DNA of 64,000 bases from Felis catus (lineage: Eukaryota), in assembly GCF_018350175.1 (NCBI RefSeq), contig NC_058368.1:91700001-91764000 (forward strand). Direction: 5' to 3'. The position numbers were made by a program, and so were the translations under genes. A model generated the notes under the pieces. That model was not told the origin of the DNA. It did not search any database and worked only from the letters and a program-made list of their open reading frames with translations. Within the stretch, counting starts at the first letter, position 1. Each line of letters begins with the position of its first letter. Positions 48,390 to 61,210 of this stretch are shown here, piece after piece.

Positions 48390-48732
48390 ATTTTTTTTTT
48401 TAAATATTCTTTTTTTTTTTTTCAACGTTTACTTATTTTTGGGACAGAGAGAGAGACAGAGCATGAACGGGGGAGGGGCAGAGAGAGAGGGAGACACAGA
48501 ATCGGAAACAGGCTCCAGGCTCCGAGCCATCAGCCCAGAGCCTGACGCGGGGCTCGAACTCATGGACCGCGAGATCGTGATCTGGCTGAAGTCGGACGCT
48601 TAACCGACTGTGCCACCCAGGCGCCCCTTTTTTAATTTTAAGTAGGCTCCACTCCCAACGTGGGACTTGAACATCATGACTCTGAGATCAAGAGTCACAC
48701 TTGCTACCAGCTGAGCCATCCACGCAACCCCC
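48390..48732 (-). mobile_element. Young SINEC_Fc-type copy (to 48626) inserted in the tail of a short older SINE (48627-48732)
   Basis: ttcaacgtt…gggacagaga…aatcggaaaca…catcagcccag…atctggctgaag diagnostics, followed by a second head. Confidence 0.9.
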
Positions 48733-48929
48733 TGAAGTTGAAACTTTTTAATTAAGGAGAAGATTCCACGTCTCAATGAAGCTTGGGGTGCTTGTCGCCC
48801 TTGAACAGAATGGGACAAAATTCCAAATCCACACCCCAATCCCTCAGAGCACTTATATGAGCACCATATACACAGGAAGTACCTGGGAAATGAGTGGGTA
48901 ATGGAGAGAAGAAGAAAAGGGATCCAATA

Positions 48930-51420
48930 CGTTTGTTTTTTCAATGGCTGATAAAAAATGTAATGGGTGACACACTCACATGGTTGAAAAATGTTGGTGT
49001 ATATAGGGTGTGCTGTGTATATGGTTTTCCAGACGCCCAGTTATCTTCTTCACAGAAGATATATTATATATACATATATGTACATGTGTATGTATACATA
49101 CATACATATATATAATTCAATATGCAACCAGAGGTTTTTAAAAATGTGTTATATATAATAACATATTATTCCATTTACAACCAGAGTTTTTTAAAAAATG
49201 CATGTAATATATACTTGTGTGTATACAGTCATCCCTCCCCTTATATGCAGTTGTGCTTTCCATGGCTTCAGTTGTCTGTGGTCTCCCGCGATCTGAAAGC
49301 AGGCGACCCTCCTGATACGGCATCAGAGTAGTAATAGCCAAATGCTACGTCACAAGGCCTGTGTCCTACACCCCATCCCATCTCGCAGGCGTTTCATCAC
49401 CTGACATCGTCATGAGGAGGCTGGGTATGGTACAAGAAGATATTTTGAGAAAGAGAAAAAACTACATTCACATAAGATTTTCTGCATTGTGTTGTTGGAA
49501 TTGTTCCCTTTTTTATTGGTAGTTATTGTTAATCTCTTACTGTGCCTGATTTATAAATTAAACTTTATTATAACTGTGTATGTACAGGAAAAAACACACT
49601 ACATAGAATTCAGTGTTATTTGCAGTTTCAGGCATCCACGGGGGGTCTTGGAATGTATTTCCCACAGATAAGGGGGACTTCTGTATCTCTTTTCCCCACT
49701 TTCTTACGACCCACAAACACACAGAACACACTGCTGTGTGCTTATTTCCTTCACTTAACAATACATTTTGGAGATCTTTCCCTATCACTGTATGAAGCAC
49801 TTCCTCATTCATTTCTCTTGCTATACAGTATTCCTTTGCACGGACGTGTCCTGGTGTCTTTAGCCAGCCCTCCTCGTGAACATTTAGGTTATGTCTACCT
49901 CTTGCCATTATAAACAATACCAGGGGGAAAAGTTTATGAATCCGTAATTTCCAATACGTAGACATCCACCTAATCAATTCCCAGTGGACATCGTGGGTCA
50001 AAGGATACCCGCGTTGTTAATGTTGTCAGACATTGACAAATTGCCTATTATCAAAGTGCACCGTTTTACACTCCTGGTTTTACCCCCACCTCTGTGTGTT
50101 ATCAGGTATTGGATCCAGGCCATGCTAGTGAGTAAAAAAAAATGCTCTCTCAGAGAAGTCTTCACTTGCAACACTCTTGTTATGAGTGTTCTTGGGTATC
50201 TTTTCCTCTTCTGTAAATTGTGTCATCATTTTGCTTTTGTTTCTATTAGGTTGTTGGGCTGTTCCCTAACAATGAGTAGGAGTTCTTTGTGTATGAGGGA
50301 AGGAAACTCTTTGTAAAATGAGTTGAATGTTATGTATTTCTTCCCTGTGTATCGTTACTCTCTTGATTCTGCTAGCAGTCGTTTTTAGATATATAGACAT
50401 TCTTACTTTTCGTATGGTCCATTTTATGAGTCTTTTAGGGCTACTGGGTTAGAAAGAGCCTCATTGGGGGCAGCTGGCTGCCTCAGTCGGAGGAGCATGA
50501 GACTCTTGATCTCAGGATTGTGAGTTTGAGCCCACATTGGGTGCAGAGATTACTTAAATAAATAAAAACTTTTTGAAAAGTCTCGCCATTCCAAGTTTCT
50601 AAAATAATTTTTCCTTGGTTTCTCTTAGACCATTTTACAGTCTCATGTTTACCTTTCCGTCTTTCATCTATTTGGAATTTATCTTGTACAAAGTATGAGA
50701 TGTGAATCCAACTTTTTTAAAATATGGTTGTTTAGTTCCAACTATTGTATACACCCTTCCCATGTTGTTTTGAGATGTCACCTTTCTCATAAATTGAATT
50801 CTTGTATGTAGTTTCATCTGTTTTCTTTTCAACTTTTTATTGTGTCCCATTGATCTTTCACGTGTCAGTGCTGCTTAATTACCAAGACTTTATAGTTTGT
50901 TTTAATATGTGATGGGGCTGTTCCTACCTTGTTAGTCTTCTTTTAAAAATTTCCTTGTTTGGTCTTACATGTTTAGCTTCCCATATGAGCTTGGGAATAT
51001 GTTTGTCTAGTTCAAAGAAACATCCTGTTGGTATTTGTGTGTGTGTGTGAATTGCATTGACTGTCAAGAGTAGTATAGGAAGAATTGACACCTTTATGAT
51101 GTTGTTTTCCTGTCCCACATGCCCTACTTCTCCAGTGGTTCAGACCTTCTTTGGCATCTCTTAGAAGACTTAATCATTTTCTTCATGCAGATATTATAAA
51201 TATCTCAATACATTTATTCCTATGTATCTTATTTTAGAATAGGGTAGGATAGAATACAATATACTAGAAATAGGATTTTTCTTCCATTATATCTTATAAC
51301 TTGGTTGTTTTTATATAGGAAAGCTACTGATTTCTATATTCATTTTTTATGTTGCCATATTACTGAATTCTTTCATTGTTTATGATTGTCTTGGAATTCC
51401 TAGGTAAACAATTATCCCAA
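48930..51420 (-). mobile_element. Degenerate old L1 (L1ME/MD-like) 3' UTR and ORF2 remnants; contains a short + strand SINE at 50466-50570
   Basis: ORF 50924..51118 'NIIKVSILP…NAI…IPTGCFFELDKHIPKLIW' is a degenerate L1 ORF2 segment. Confidence 0.75.
49226..49683. mobile_element. MER44-like (Tigger7-derived, Tc1/mariner) non-autonomous DNA transposon
   Basis: Imperfect TIRs cagtcatccctccccttat… / …ataagggggacttctg, flanked by TA at 49224 and 49684; internal ttgttaatctcttactgtgcctgatttataaattaaactttat. Confidence 0.85.
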
Positions 51421-51611
51421 AGATCAAAGTGTTTTGGTGTAAAATTGAGGTGGTGAAGGAAAATAGGATAAGAATGTTACCGATGAAGAAGAAAAATGGG
51501 GAATGAAGTGATCTTACCTTTCTCCTTTGGGGGATTATTCTTGAAAATACCAATTCTTAAAATGTAAATAGTTGTTCAATAGATTTAAAGTTTTCCCTTT
51601 TCTCCCTTTTT

Positions 51612-51640
51612 AACAACAACAACAACAACAACAACAACAA
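51612..51640. repeat. (AAC)n trinucleotide STR
   Basis: About 9 perfect aac units. Confidence 0.9.
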
Positions 51641-51809
51641 AGCCTTGATTTCAAAGCAAAGTCATGTAATAGAAGTTGAGAACTGAGTTCTGCCAGGATT
51701 GAGATCCTTATGTTATTTGTGCTCAGAATTAACTTTGATTTTAGAAATAGTATGTCCTCAAAAATAATTTGGTAGAAAGGAAAAATACCTAACTTAGAGT
51801 AAGGACCCA

Positions 51810-52040
51810 GCTCAAGGTAATGGGAAGAGTCCTAAACTGAGTTCAAAGATGAGTTCAAGTCCTGGCTCTGTCACCAATTCATTGTAATGTTGCCCACCTC
51901 CCTGGGCCTCAGCTTCCCAGTCTATAAAATAGGAATGATGATAACTAATTAACAGGGTTTTTGTGAGGAATCAAACAAGATCATGTATATTGAGATCACC
52001 TAGCATGTTGCCTGACACCTGGGAATACATGATGGCTATT
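51810..52040 (+). mobile_element. MIR SINE
   Basis: gagttcaagtcctggctctgtcacc…ctgggcctcagcttccc…tataaaatagg…gggtttttgtgaggaatcaaa. Confidence 0.82.
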
Positions 52041-52077
52041 ATTATTAATATATCTATTAATTTAAACCATCCTTAAC

Positions 52078-52460
52078 GTGTTACGATACAGATTAGGCTG
52101 ATGTTACTTAGACCCCTAAATACTGTAGATAAACAAGACAGAAATGTGTTTTCCATCATCTCATGGCCCCAGTGGCTACTCCAGCTCTTGCCATGGCATT
52201 TTCACTCAGCCCATGGGAAACAAGAAAGGGAAGCGGGAGGTGTGTGTGGGAACGGGGGGAGATGCACTTTGCCCTTAAGATCATGCCCAGGAAGCTGATC
52301 ACATCACTTCTACTCGTGTGCCTTCGGCCATAAACTAGTTCTATGGCCACAGCTAACTGCAAAGGAACCTGGGAAATGTAGTGTTTATGCCCTTCTAAAA
52401 TTTTTCTTCATGTAGAAGAAGGGAAAAATGAACGCTGGGACCACTAGCAGTAGGAGCCAT
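52078..52460 (-). mobile_element. Old MaLR LTR (MLT1J/K-like)
   Basis: aaacaagacagaaatg…ctccagc…catcacttctactc…ggccacagctaactgcaaaggaacctgggaaatgtagt. Confidence 0.6.
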
Positions 52461-53749
52461 ACATATTATATGAAATTGACACTTGCCATGTACCACTGAT
52501 GGACACATACCTGGGCCTGGTTGGGACCCATTTTGGTGGTGAGGTGGGAGGCATGGGAGGGCTCAGAATCTGATGTTGTACCTTATTTCATTGTAGGGCT
52601 GTGAAGGTGTATGATTGCCATACCCAGATCAGCATTGCTCATTCTCTGGCACTTGCTGGTGAGTGTGTCTTAATGTAAGGTGATGAGGTATAACCTGGAC
52701 TCCGATATCTTAGTATTTGCTGAAGTGAAGTGGACACTCCTGGGAGACATCAAACCTTGAAATTTTTGCCTACCATCTCAGTGCCTGGACAGTGCCAGGT
52801 ATACAGTATGTGCCCATAAATGTTGATTGATGGCCTGTAGACTGATTCCAGTGAAAGGATCATTGGGACATAATCAACAAAGTTCAGTTCACATCCCTCG
52901 CTGAACAGTGCTGGATGTGATCGCGTGCCAATGTTTTTGTCTCAGGATGTGGAGGAGGATGCTTTATGTATAAATCTTTTTAGCAGCTTATTAAGACCAG
53001 ACAACAAAAGCCTCCCTGTCTCTCAGGCCACTTCTCTAATTAGGAAAAATAGTAAGTAAAAAGATGGGGGTGGGGTGGGGGGGTTGCGGCATCTTTCGAG
53101 TTTGAAAGCTGTGTTTAGGGCAGGACAGTTGTGCCTTTAATTATCCTGTCTGAGTTCACTTTAATGAGCATTATTTTTAATGCCTTCATTTCAAGGGGGG
53201 AAAAAAAGAGTGCTTTTAGCATTCAAGCATGTAAAACGGTTTTATTCACTAAGCTTGAAAGAAAGAGTCAATGCTGTTGGGTCTATTGCAGCTCTGAGCC
53301 AGAAACCTCCTATGAGGGGGAGCCTTGGCCAGAAGACACACAGCCAGTCGCTATCAGGGAATCACTGTGTGTCCTGAGAGTCTGCCATTTCCTCATCTAG
53401 TTTATGATTGACAAGCCATACAAACTGTCCTCATCCCAGGTTGAGGCGCCACCCAGTTCATTGCCCCAACTGGAAACCTGAGTTAGCGCTCAAACCTTGT
53501 CAGCCCCATGTTCCAAGGTCCTCACCAGGAGAACCAGCATTCTCCAGCCTCACTTCAGACCCCTTGTCCCCCTTTCATCATATTCTCCATGTTGCCACCC
53601 AACTTACCTCTTCTTTTTCTCTTCCATGTATAATTTTTTGGGAGAATAAAAGTAATATAGCTACATTTGGAATAGAGAAAAAAGGAAGAAATAGTCATCT
53701 GCAATTTTATATCCTAACAGCCATCAGTAATTTTCATACATGTCTTTCT

Positions 53750-53950
53750 TATATTTTTGATCTTTTTTGGGGGGATTAGGGAGAGAAAGAGAGCACAAGC
53801 ACGGGAGAGGGGCAGATGGAGAGAGAGAATCTTAAGCTGGCTCCACATTCAGTGTGGAGCTCAATGCAGGGCTTGATTCCACGACCCTGGATCATGACCT
53901 GAGCTGAAATCAAGAGTTGGACGCTCAACCGACTGAGCCACCAAGGTGTG
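53750..53950 (-). mobile_element. CanSINE
   Basis: Full body. Confidence 0.9.
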
Positions 53951-54586
53951 CTATGGTATTTTCAATCATAAGCATAATTATTCTCATAATGATAATTATA
54001 ATTGATAAACAGCCTTTTATCTTGGTTTTCTCTCCATGTGTTGAGGAGCCTTTGCCTAAAAATTCTGTTTAGTTGTTCAGTAGATATAATCATTTTTATT
54101 TTATCACTCTTCTCACGTAGGATACTATGGTTGGCTTCTAATTTTTCACCTTTGCAAAGAGCATTTGAGTAAACATTTTCTTTTTCACGCGCATAACTTT
54201 TTCAGTATTTTGAACTATTTCTCTGGGATAGATTCACAAAGTCAAAGGAAATGAAGTTTAATAGTCTTTAATATGTTGCAAAATTGATGTTCAGAAGTTG
54301 CATACTGATCTATAATGCTTCAGCCAATGTTTGAAAGCTACTACTTTCATACTTATGACAGTCATGACTTCATGCTCTTTTCTAAATTTTTTCCCGCTTT
54401 GTAAAGGTGAAAATGATTACATGAGAAAAAATTGTTTATTCTTATTGGAAAAAGTAATACATCCTTGTATAAAATTTAGAGAAGCCAAAAGAAAGTAAGA
54501 TTACTATAATCTTGCCCTTGTGCCATAAACACTGGTAATATTTTGGTATGTATCCTATCTGAAGTTTTAAAAATATGTGCATATAG

Positions 54587-55271
54587 GGGTGCCTGGGTGA
54601 TTCAGTCAGTTGAACATCTGACTTCGGCTTAGGTCATGATCTTGTGGTTCTTGAGTTCGAGCCCCAAGTCAGGCTCTGTGCTGACAGCTCAGAGCCTGGA
54701 GTCTGCTTTGGATTCTGTGTCTCTCTCTCTCTCTCTGCCCCTCCCCTGCTCACATTTTCTCTCTCTCTCAAAAATAAATAAATATTAAATATATATATAT
54801 ATGTGTGTGTGTGTGTATAATTCCTTTTTTTCTTTCCTTCTTTTCCTTTTTCTCTTTAGTTGCTTTTTAAAAATGGAATAAAAATATTTTTCATGTATAT
54901 GAACATCTTTTTAGGACATTACATACCTTCTCATAAAATTCCCCAATTTTGGAAATTTGGATTCTTTTCAGTTTTCTGCTATCTTAAATAATATTGGATG
55001 ACAATATTTGTAACTACCTCTTTGCAATGTTAAGACTCCTGTGTGTAAGAACACCCTCTGACCTGGGTCTTCTACACTGGGTATTTGTTAAAATGTTAAA
55101 AAAGATATATATTGGGGGCGCCTGGGTGGCTCAGTCAGTTGAGCATCTGACTCTAGATTTCAGCTTGGGTCATGGTCCCAGGGTTGTGAGATCGAGCCCC
55201 ACATTGGGCTCTGCACTGAGTGTAGAGTCTGCTTAGTAATTTCTCTTTCTGTCTTCTCCTTCCCCACTCGT

Positions 55272-55305
<34 letters not shown>

Positions 55306-55624
55306 CCTCTCTCTCTCTCTGTCTCTCAAAAAAGAAAGATATATATTGGGGAAGTTTCAGGTAAAAAAAACTATCATATTACTATCTCATTTAGTAATTC
55401 ATTTTTTAAAAAATATTTTTTAATGTTTATTCATTTTTTAGAGAGAGAGAGACAGAGTGCGAGTGGGGGAGGGGCAGAGAGAGAGGGCGACACAGAATCC
55501 AAAGCAGGCTCCTGGCTCTGAGCTGTCAGCACAGAGCCTGACGTGGAGCTTGAACCCACAAATCTCGAGATCGTGACCTGAGCCGAAGTCAGACGCTTAA
55601 CCAACTGAGCCACCCAGGTGCCCC
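54587..55624. mobile_element. Three CanSINEs: 54587-54790 (+), 55115-55335 (+), 55403-55624 (-)
   Basis: Full bodies; TSDs aagatatatattgggg and ctcatttag. Confidence 0.92.
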
Positions 55625-56136
55625 TCATTTAGCAATCGTTAACTTGTTTGGGTTCATGTAATTAAATAAATGAAAGGTGTTTTCATATGCTTATGGTACA
55701 GTTGTATTTCCTTCTTTGTGAATTGTTCTGTTCCTTTTTTTTCTCTTTTCCAGTAGATATTTAAACTGTTTACCATATTACAAAATCTTTCTCAGTTTAT
55801 TCTGGTTTGGTGTTTTCATTTTAATTTTTTGATTCTAAATCTTCTCCTTCATGGCCCCTGTCTTTGGTGTCATACCTTGGTGAGATCTTTCATACTCCGA
55901 GCATCACAAATATTCCCTTTTAGTATTTATAAGGTTTAATTGTCTATACGTAACTCTTTAGACTCCCTCTCCTTCATCTTGCCAGTTGTAAGTGTAGGTT
56001 TTCATCCACTTTTTCCCCCCAAATAGCTAATGATCATTCGAAATGGTGATGTCATAGAGATAGCTGGCTGCCCATTTTAGAGGCCAACTCTTTTCAAATC
56101 AATTTCTGAGTTTTGTACAATTTTCATCAAAATCAA

Positions 56137-56600
56137 GGGGCACCTCAGTGGCTCAGTTGATTGAGCATCTGACTCTTGATTTCGGCTCAGATCATGATCC
56201 CAAGGTCATGGGATTGAGCCCCGGGTCGGGCTTTGTGATGAGTGTGGAACCTGCTTAAAATCATCTCTCCCTATGGGGCGCCTGGGTGGCGCAGTCGGTT
56301 AAGCGTCAGACTTCAGCCAGGTCACGATCTCGCGGTCCGTGAGTTCGAGCCCCGTGTCGGGCTCTGGGCTGATGGCTCGGAGCCTGGAGCCTGTTTCCGA
56401 TTCTGTGTCTCCCTCTCTCTCTGGCCCTCCCCCGTTCATGCTCTGTCTCTCTCTGTCCCAAAAATAAATAAACGTTGAAAAAACTTAAAAAAAAAAAAAT
56501 CATCTCTCCCTCTCTCTCTGCCCCTCCCCCCAACTCATGCATGCGTGCGCTCTCACTCTCTGTCTCTCTCTCTCTCTCTCTATCTCTAAAAAATAAATTG
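56137..56600 (+). mobile_element. Older CanSINE split by a young SINEC_Fc-type copy (56275-56495)
   Basis: 16-bp TSD aaaatcatctctccct at 56257 and 56496. Confidence 0.95.
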
Positions 56601-57394
56601 TGATGAGACATGTGGGGAATTCAACCAAATGATCCTAAATTTCATGTGAGACAAGCCATACATTAAAAACAGCCAAGAAAATTTTAGAAAGATAAAGTTC
56701 AAAGGAGATGGACTTAGGCTATCAGATATTAGAATATAAAGTCATGGTCGTGAAAATGAAAAACACGTGTTGCCAGTATGAGACTGTCAAATCAGTGAAA
56801 CAACAGAAATTTCTGAAACAGATCCAAGCATATAAAGTAATTTGGTACAGCATTTCATTAGAGCGAAATATTTCATACCAGTGGAAAAGGGAAGGATTGT
56901 GACATGAACGCGTTTGGCTGTTAATGTTTTGAGTCCTGTTAACAAGTTTTGTAATACTGAGCCAACCTTACAATTCTAGAATAAATACTACTTGGACATT
57001 GTGCAGTGTTCTTTTAGTCTGTGTTATAACTGGATTTGCTAATGTTTTATTTAAGACATAAGGTACCTGCCTTCCTAAGTTTGGGAATCGGAACTGAATT
57101 GGTGATGATGTACCCACATGTCTTCCTCCCTCCCCAGTTATCTTGCCAGAGTCTAGAATCATTTTCCTACCTCTCAGCATCTCACAAATCCAATAGCTCC
57201 CTTCCTTTCTCCTCTGCTTCCCGTGGCTGCCCACCTCTGCTATGGCTTCTACTATACCCACTGTCCTTATAACAGCTAAGTTAATTTTTTTTTTTTTTTT
57301 TGCATAAGGTGTCTGTTTATTAACTTTTGCAGTCAATTAAAAAAAAACAGTGTTAAGTTGCTTGATTAGTTGAGCTTTTTGTTTGCATTTTTTT

Positions 57395-59600
57395 CCTATT
57401 AATGAGGTAAAATACACAACACGTAAAATGTACCATTGTAACTGCTGTAAAGCATATGATTGGGTGGGATTGAGTACCTTCTCAGTAGTGTGCAACCATT
57501 GCTATTATCTAGTTCTAGAACTTTTTTATTGCCCCAAATAGGAATCCCATGCCTATTAAGCAGTCACTTCCCATTCTCCACCACCTTCAGCCACTGGCAA
57601 CCACTAATGTATCTACTTTCTGTCCCGATGCATTTGCCAGATTTAGATATTTCATATAAATAAAATCGTACAATATATGGCCTCCTGTCTCTGGCTTATT
57701 TTATTTAGCACAATGTTTGCAAGGTTAATTTATGTTGTAGCATTCTCAAAACTTCATTCCTTTTGCGGCTGAACAATATTCCATTGTATGAATATACCAC
57801 AGTTTGTTTATCCATTCATCCTTCGGTGGACATTTGGGTTAATTCTACTTTTTGGCTATTATGAATAGAGCTGCTCTGAGCATTTGTGTGTATGTGATTA
57901 TTTGTTTGAATATCTGTTTTCAAATGATGGGCCCGTTTCTGATGGACAAATGGAGTTGCTGAATCATATAATAATTCCATATTTACCTTGCTGAGGAACT
58001 GCCAAACTGTTTTCCAAAGTGACTGAACGATTTTACATTCCCACCAGCATGGGTAAGAGTTCCAGTTTATTCTATGTTTTTGCCAACGCTTCTAAGAAAA
58101 CAGCCAAATTTGGCTCTTAAATTTAGGTCTTTCAACCATTTTGAGTTAATTTTTGTGTATAGTATGAGGTAAGAGTTTGCATGTGGTCATCCAGTTCTCC
58201 CACTACCATTTATCGAAGAGACTACTCTTTCTCCATTAAGTGGTCTTGGCACCCTTGTTGAAAATGAATTAACCATAGATGTATGGGTTTATTATGAACT
58301 TACAGTTCTATTGCATTGATTTGTGTGACTATCTTTTTTTTTCTAAATTTTAAAAAAAAATTTCTTTTAACGTTTATTATTTATTTTTGAGACAGAGACA
58401 GAGCATGAATGGGCGAGGGGCAGAGAGAGAGGGAGACACAGAATCAGAAGCAGGCTCCAGGCTCCGAGCCATCAGCTCAGAGCCCGACACGGGGCTCGAA
58501 CTCACGGACCGTGAGATCGTGACCTGGGCTGAAGTCGGACGCCCAACCGACTGAGCCACCCAGGCGCCCCTTGTGTGACTATCTTTATGGCAGTTGCATA
58601 CGGCTTGATTATTGTAGCTTTGTAGTAAATTTTGGAACTGGGTAGTATGAGTCCTCTAAGTTGGTTATTCATTTCTCAAGACTTTTTTGGCTTGCTCAGG
58701 TCTTTTGCAATCTCATATGAATTTTAGGACCATAGTTTCCATATGTAAAAAAGGCCATTGGGGTTTTGAGAGGGATTCCATTGAATCCATAGATCACTTT
58801 GCGGGGAGTATTGTTGTTGTAACAATATTGAGTTTTCCAATCCATGAACATGGGATGTTTTTTCATTTGTTTAGGTTTTCTTGATATCTTTTAACAATAT
58901 TTTATAGTTTTCAGTGTATAAGACTTGCATTTCTCTGGCTAAATTTATTCCTAAGTACCTTATTCTTTTTGATGCTATTGTAAATGTGATTTTTTTTCTT
59001 AATTTCCTCTTTGGATTTTTCATTGTTAGTGTATAAAAATGCAACTGATTTTCTGTATTGATCTTGTGTCCTGCAACTGCTAAATTTATCATCCCTAACA
59101 GGTTTTTTTGTGGGTCTATCAGGATTTTTTATATATAAGACAATGCCGTCTATGAATAGAAATAATTTTACTTCTTCTTTTCTAGTTTTGATGTCTTTAT
59201 TTATTTTTCTTGCCTAATTATTCTGGCTAGAACTGCTAGTACTATGTTGAATAGAAGTGGCAAAAGCAGGCATTCTTGTCTTGGTGCTGATCTTTGGTGG
59301 AAAGCTTTCTGGCTTTCACCATTGAGGATGATGTTAGCTGTGGGTTTTTCACAGATGCTACCAACCTTCCATTTCTGGTACAAATCCAGTTTGGTTGTGA
59401 TGTTTAATCCTTTTAATATTCTACTGGATTCAGGTCACTAGTATTTTGTAGAGGATTTCTGCATCTATATTCGTCAAGGTTATCAGCTTATTTTGTTGTA
59501 ATGTTTTTGTCTGGCTTTGGTATCAGAGTAATGTTGCTCTCATAGAATGAAGTAAGTGTTCCCTCCTCTTTTATATTTTCGAAGAGTCTGAGAAGGTTTG
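57395..59600 (-). mobile_element. L1 (L1MB-like) 3' UTR plus ORF2 remnants
   Basis: ORF 59201..59383 '[11 protein letters not shown]…[26 protein letters not shown]' and ORF 58871..59092 'VAGHKIN…FTIASKRIRYLGINL…LYTENYKILLKDIK' match L1 ORF2 reverse-transcriptase region motifs; frames are broken. Confidence 0.92.
58337..58570 (-). mobile_element. Young CanSINE in L1
   Basis: Perfect TSD ttgtgtgactatcttt (58321, 58571); CpG-rich. Confidence 0.96.
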
Positions 59601-59620
59601 ATGTGACATAGTGATCTTTT

Positions 59621-59830
59621 AATTTTTTTTTTAACGTTTATTTATGAGACAGAGAGAGACAGAGCATGAACGGGGGAGGGTCACAGAGAGAGGGAGACAC
59701 AGAATCCGAAACAGGCTCCAGGCTCTGAGCTGTCAGCACAGAGCCCGACGCGGGCTCAAACCCATGGACCGTGAGATCATGACCTGAGCCGAAGTTGGAC
59801 GCTTAACCGACCAAGCCACCCAGGCGCCCC
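59621..59830 (-). mobile_element. Young CanSINE
   Basis: Perfect TSD catagtgatctttt (59607, 59831). Confidence 0.96.
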
Positions 59831-59849
59831 CATAGTGATCTTTTTAAAC

Positions 59850-60460
59850 GCACAATTAGATCACCATGCTCTCAAGTTTAAAACCCTGTCCTGATTTCTT
59901 ATCAGAATTCCTAACATCGCCCACTAGACCCTGAATGTACTTACTCCTCATTTCCTGCTCTGCTCCAGCCACACTGGCCTACAGCATTTTTCATATTACT
60001 TATTCTCAACTAGAAACGACCCTGAAACTCTTTCATTGCACATAGGCTGGGAAGCTCTCCTCTGACCCATGAAGCCCTTTACTGCCCCAGGACCTTTGCA
60101 CATTCTCTTTCTGCTACCTTCCAGATCTCTTCTTGTTCTGTTTTACCCAGCTAAATGTACTCATCTTTCCGGAAGTCTTGCCTAAATCACCAACCTATAT
60201 ATAGTAATTTAAGTTTCTTTTGGTTATTCTCCTTCACAATACTTTGAACTTTCTTTATAGCAATAACCTCTATTGTAACTATTGCTAGTGCTGGGGTCTT
60301 GGGAGAGGGGTATTGTAACTAATTATTGATGTGATTTTTGGTTTATTCCTGTCCCCCCATAGATTTGGGGTGCCATGATGGTAAGTGTCTGTCTTTAGCT
60401 TGCTATTAAGAACTCAGTGCCTGCCCAAGTGTCTTTGACATGGTAGACACTTGATAAATA
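59850..60460 (+). mobile_element. L2 LINE 3' remnant
   Basis: ctctgctccagccacactggcct…caggacctttgcacat…cagtgcctg…catggtagacacttgataaata. Confidence 0.6.
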
Positions 60461-60978
60461 TCTACCCAAAATATGAAGGATGATAATAGCTTCTTAGAAA
60501 AAAGAACGGAGAGGCTTGCTAAATTTCTTAAGATGTGAAAAAGTTTATGGTAAGTAAAAATTGTTCTTTCAATGGCTCAAGCAACATGCTTATTAAAACA
60601 CCAGTTGAACCCAGGACTAGTCAATTCTAATAATTCTGTTTTTCTTTCCAAAGAAGTGTTTGAGTTTCATGTAATATTCACATACAGTGTTTTCTAGTCT
60701 CTCAGACCTCTAATCTGTGCTGCTAAGTATAGTGATTTTGCTGTATTTATTCTTGATTAGGTTTTCCAAAAATATATGTGTTCTATTTCCCTGCAATTGA
60801 ATCTTTTAATTTCTTTTGGATCTAAGCATTTAGAAAAATAGGAGTCTTTAAATTTTTTTCTGAGCTATTTTTACATTAAACTTTTATTATTTATTCTGGC
60901 TGTATAGCCTAATGGTCAGTGTATGTACCTTCTGTTTGGGGAACTACAATATATTGTGACTTAAAAATATGGTCACCT

Positions 60979-61210
60979 GGGGCTCCTGAGTGGCTCAGTC
61001 GGTTAAGTGTCCAACTTCGGCTCAGGTCATGATCTCACATTTTGTGAGTTTGAGCCACCGCATCAGGCTCTGTGCTGACAACTCAGACCCTAGAGCCTGT
61101 TTCAGATTCTGTGTCTCCCTCTCTCTCCATCCCTCCCCTGCTTGTGCTCTGTCTCTCTGTCTCTCAATAAATAAATAAACATTAAACAAATTTAAAACAA
61201 TAAAATAAAA
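60979..61210 (+). mobile_element. CanSINE
   Basis: Full body; TSD tatggtcacct. Confidence 0.94.

Noticed and set aside
51510..51560. Minus-strand 22-nt micro-exon (ttttcaag…AAG|gtaaga)
   Set aside because: Weak polypyrimidine tract, frame-shifting length and no other support.
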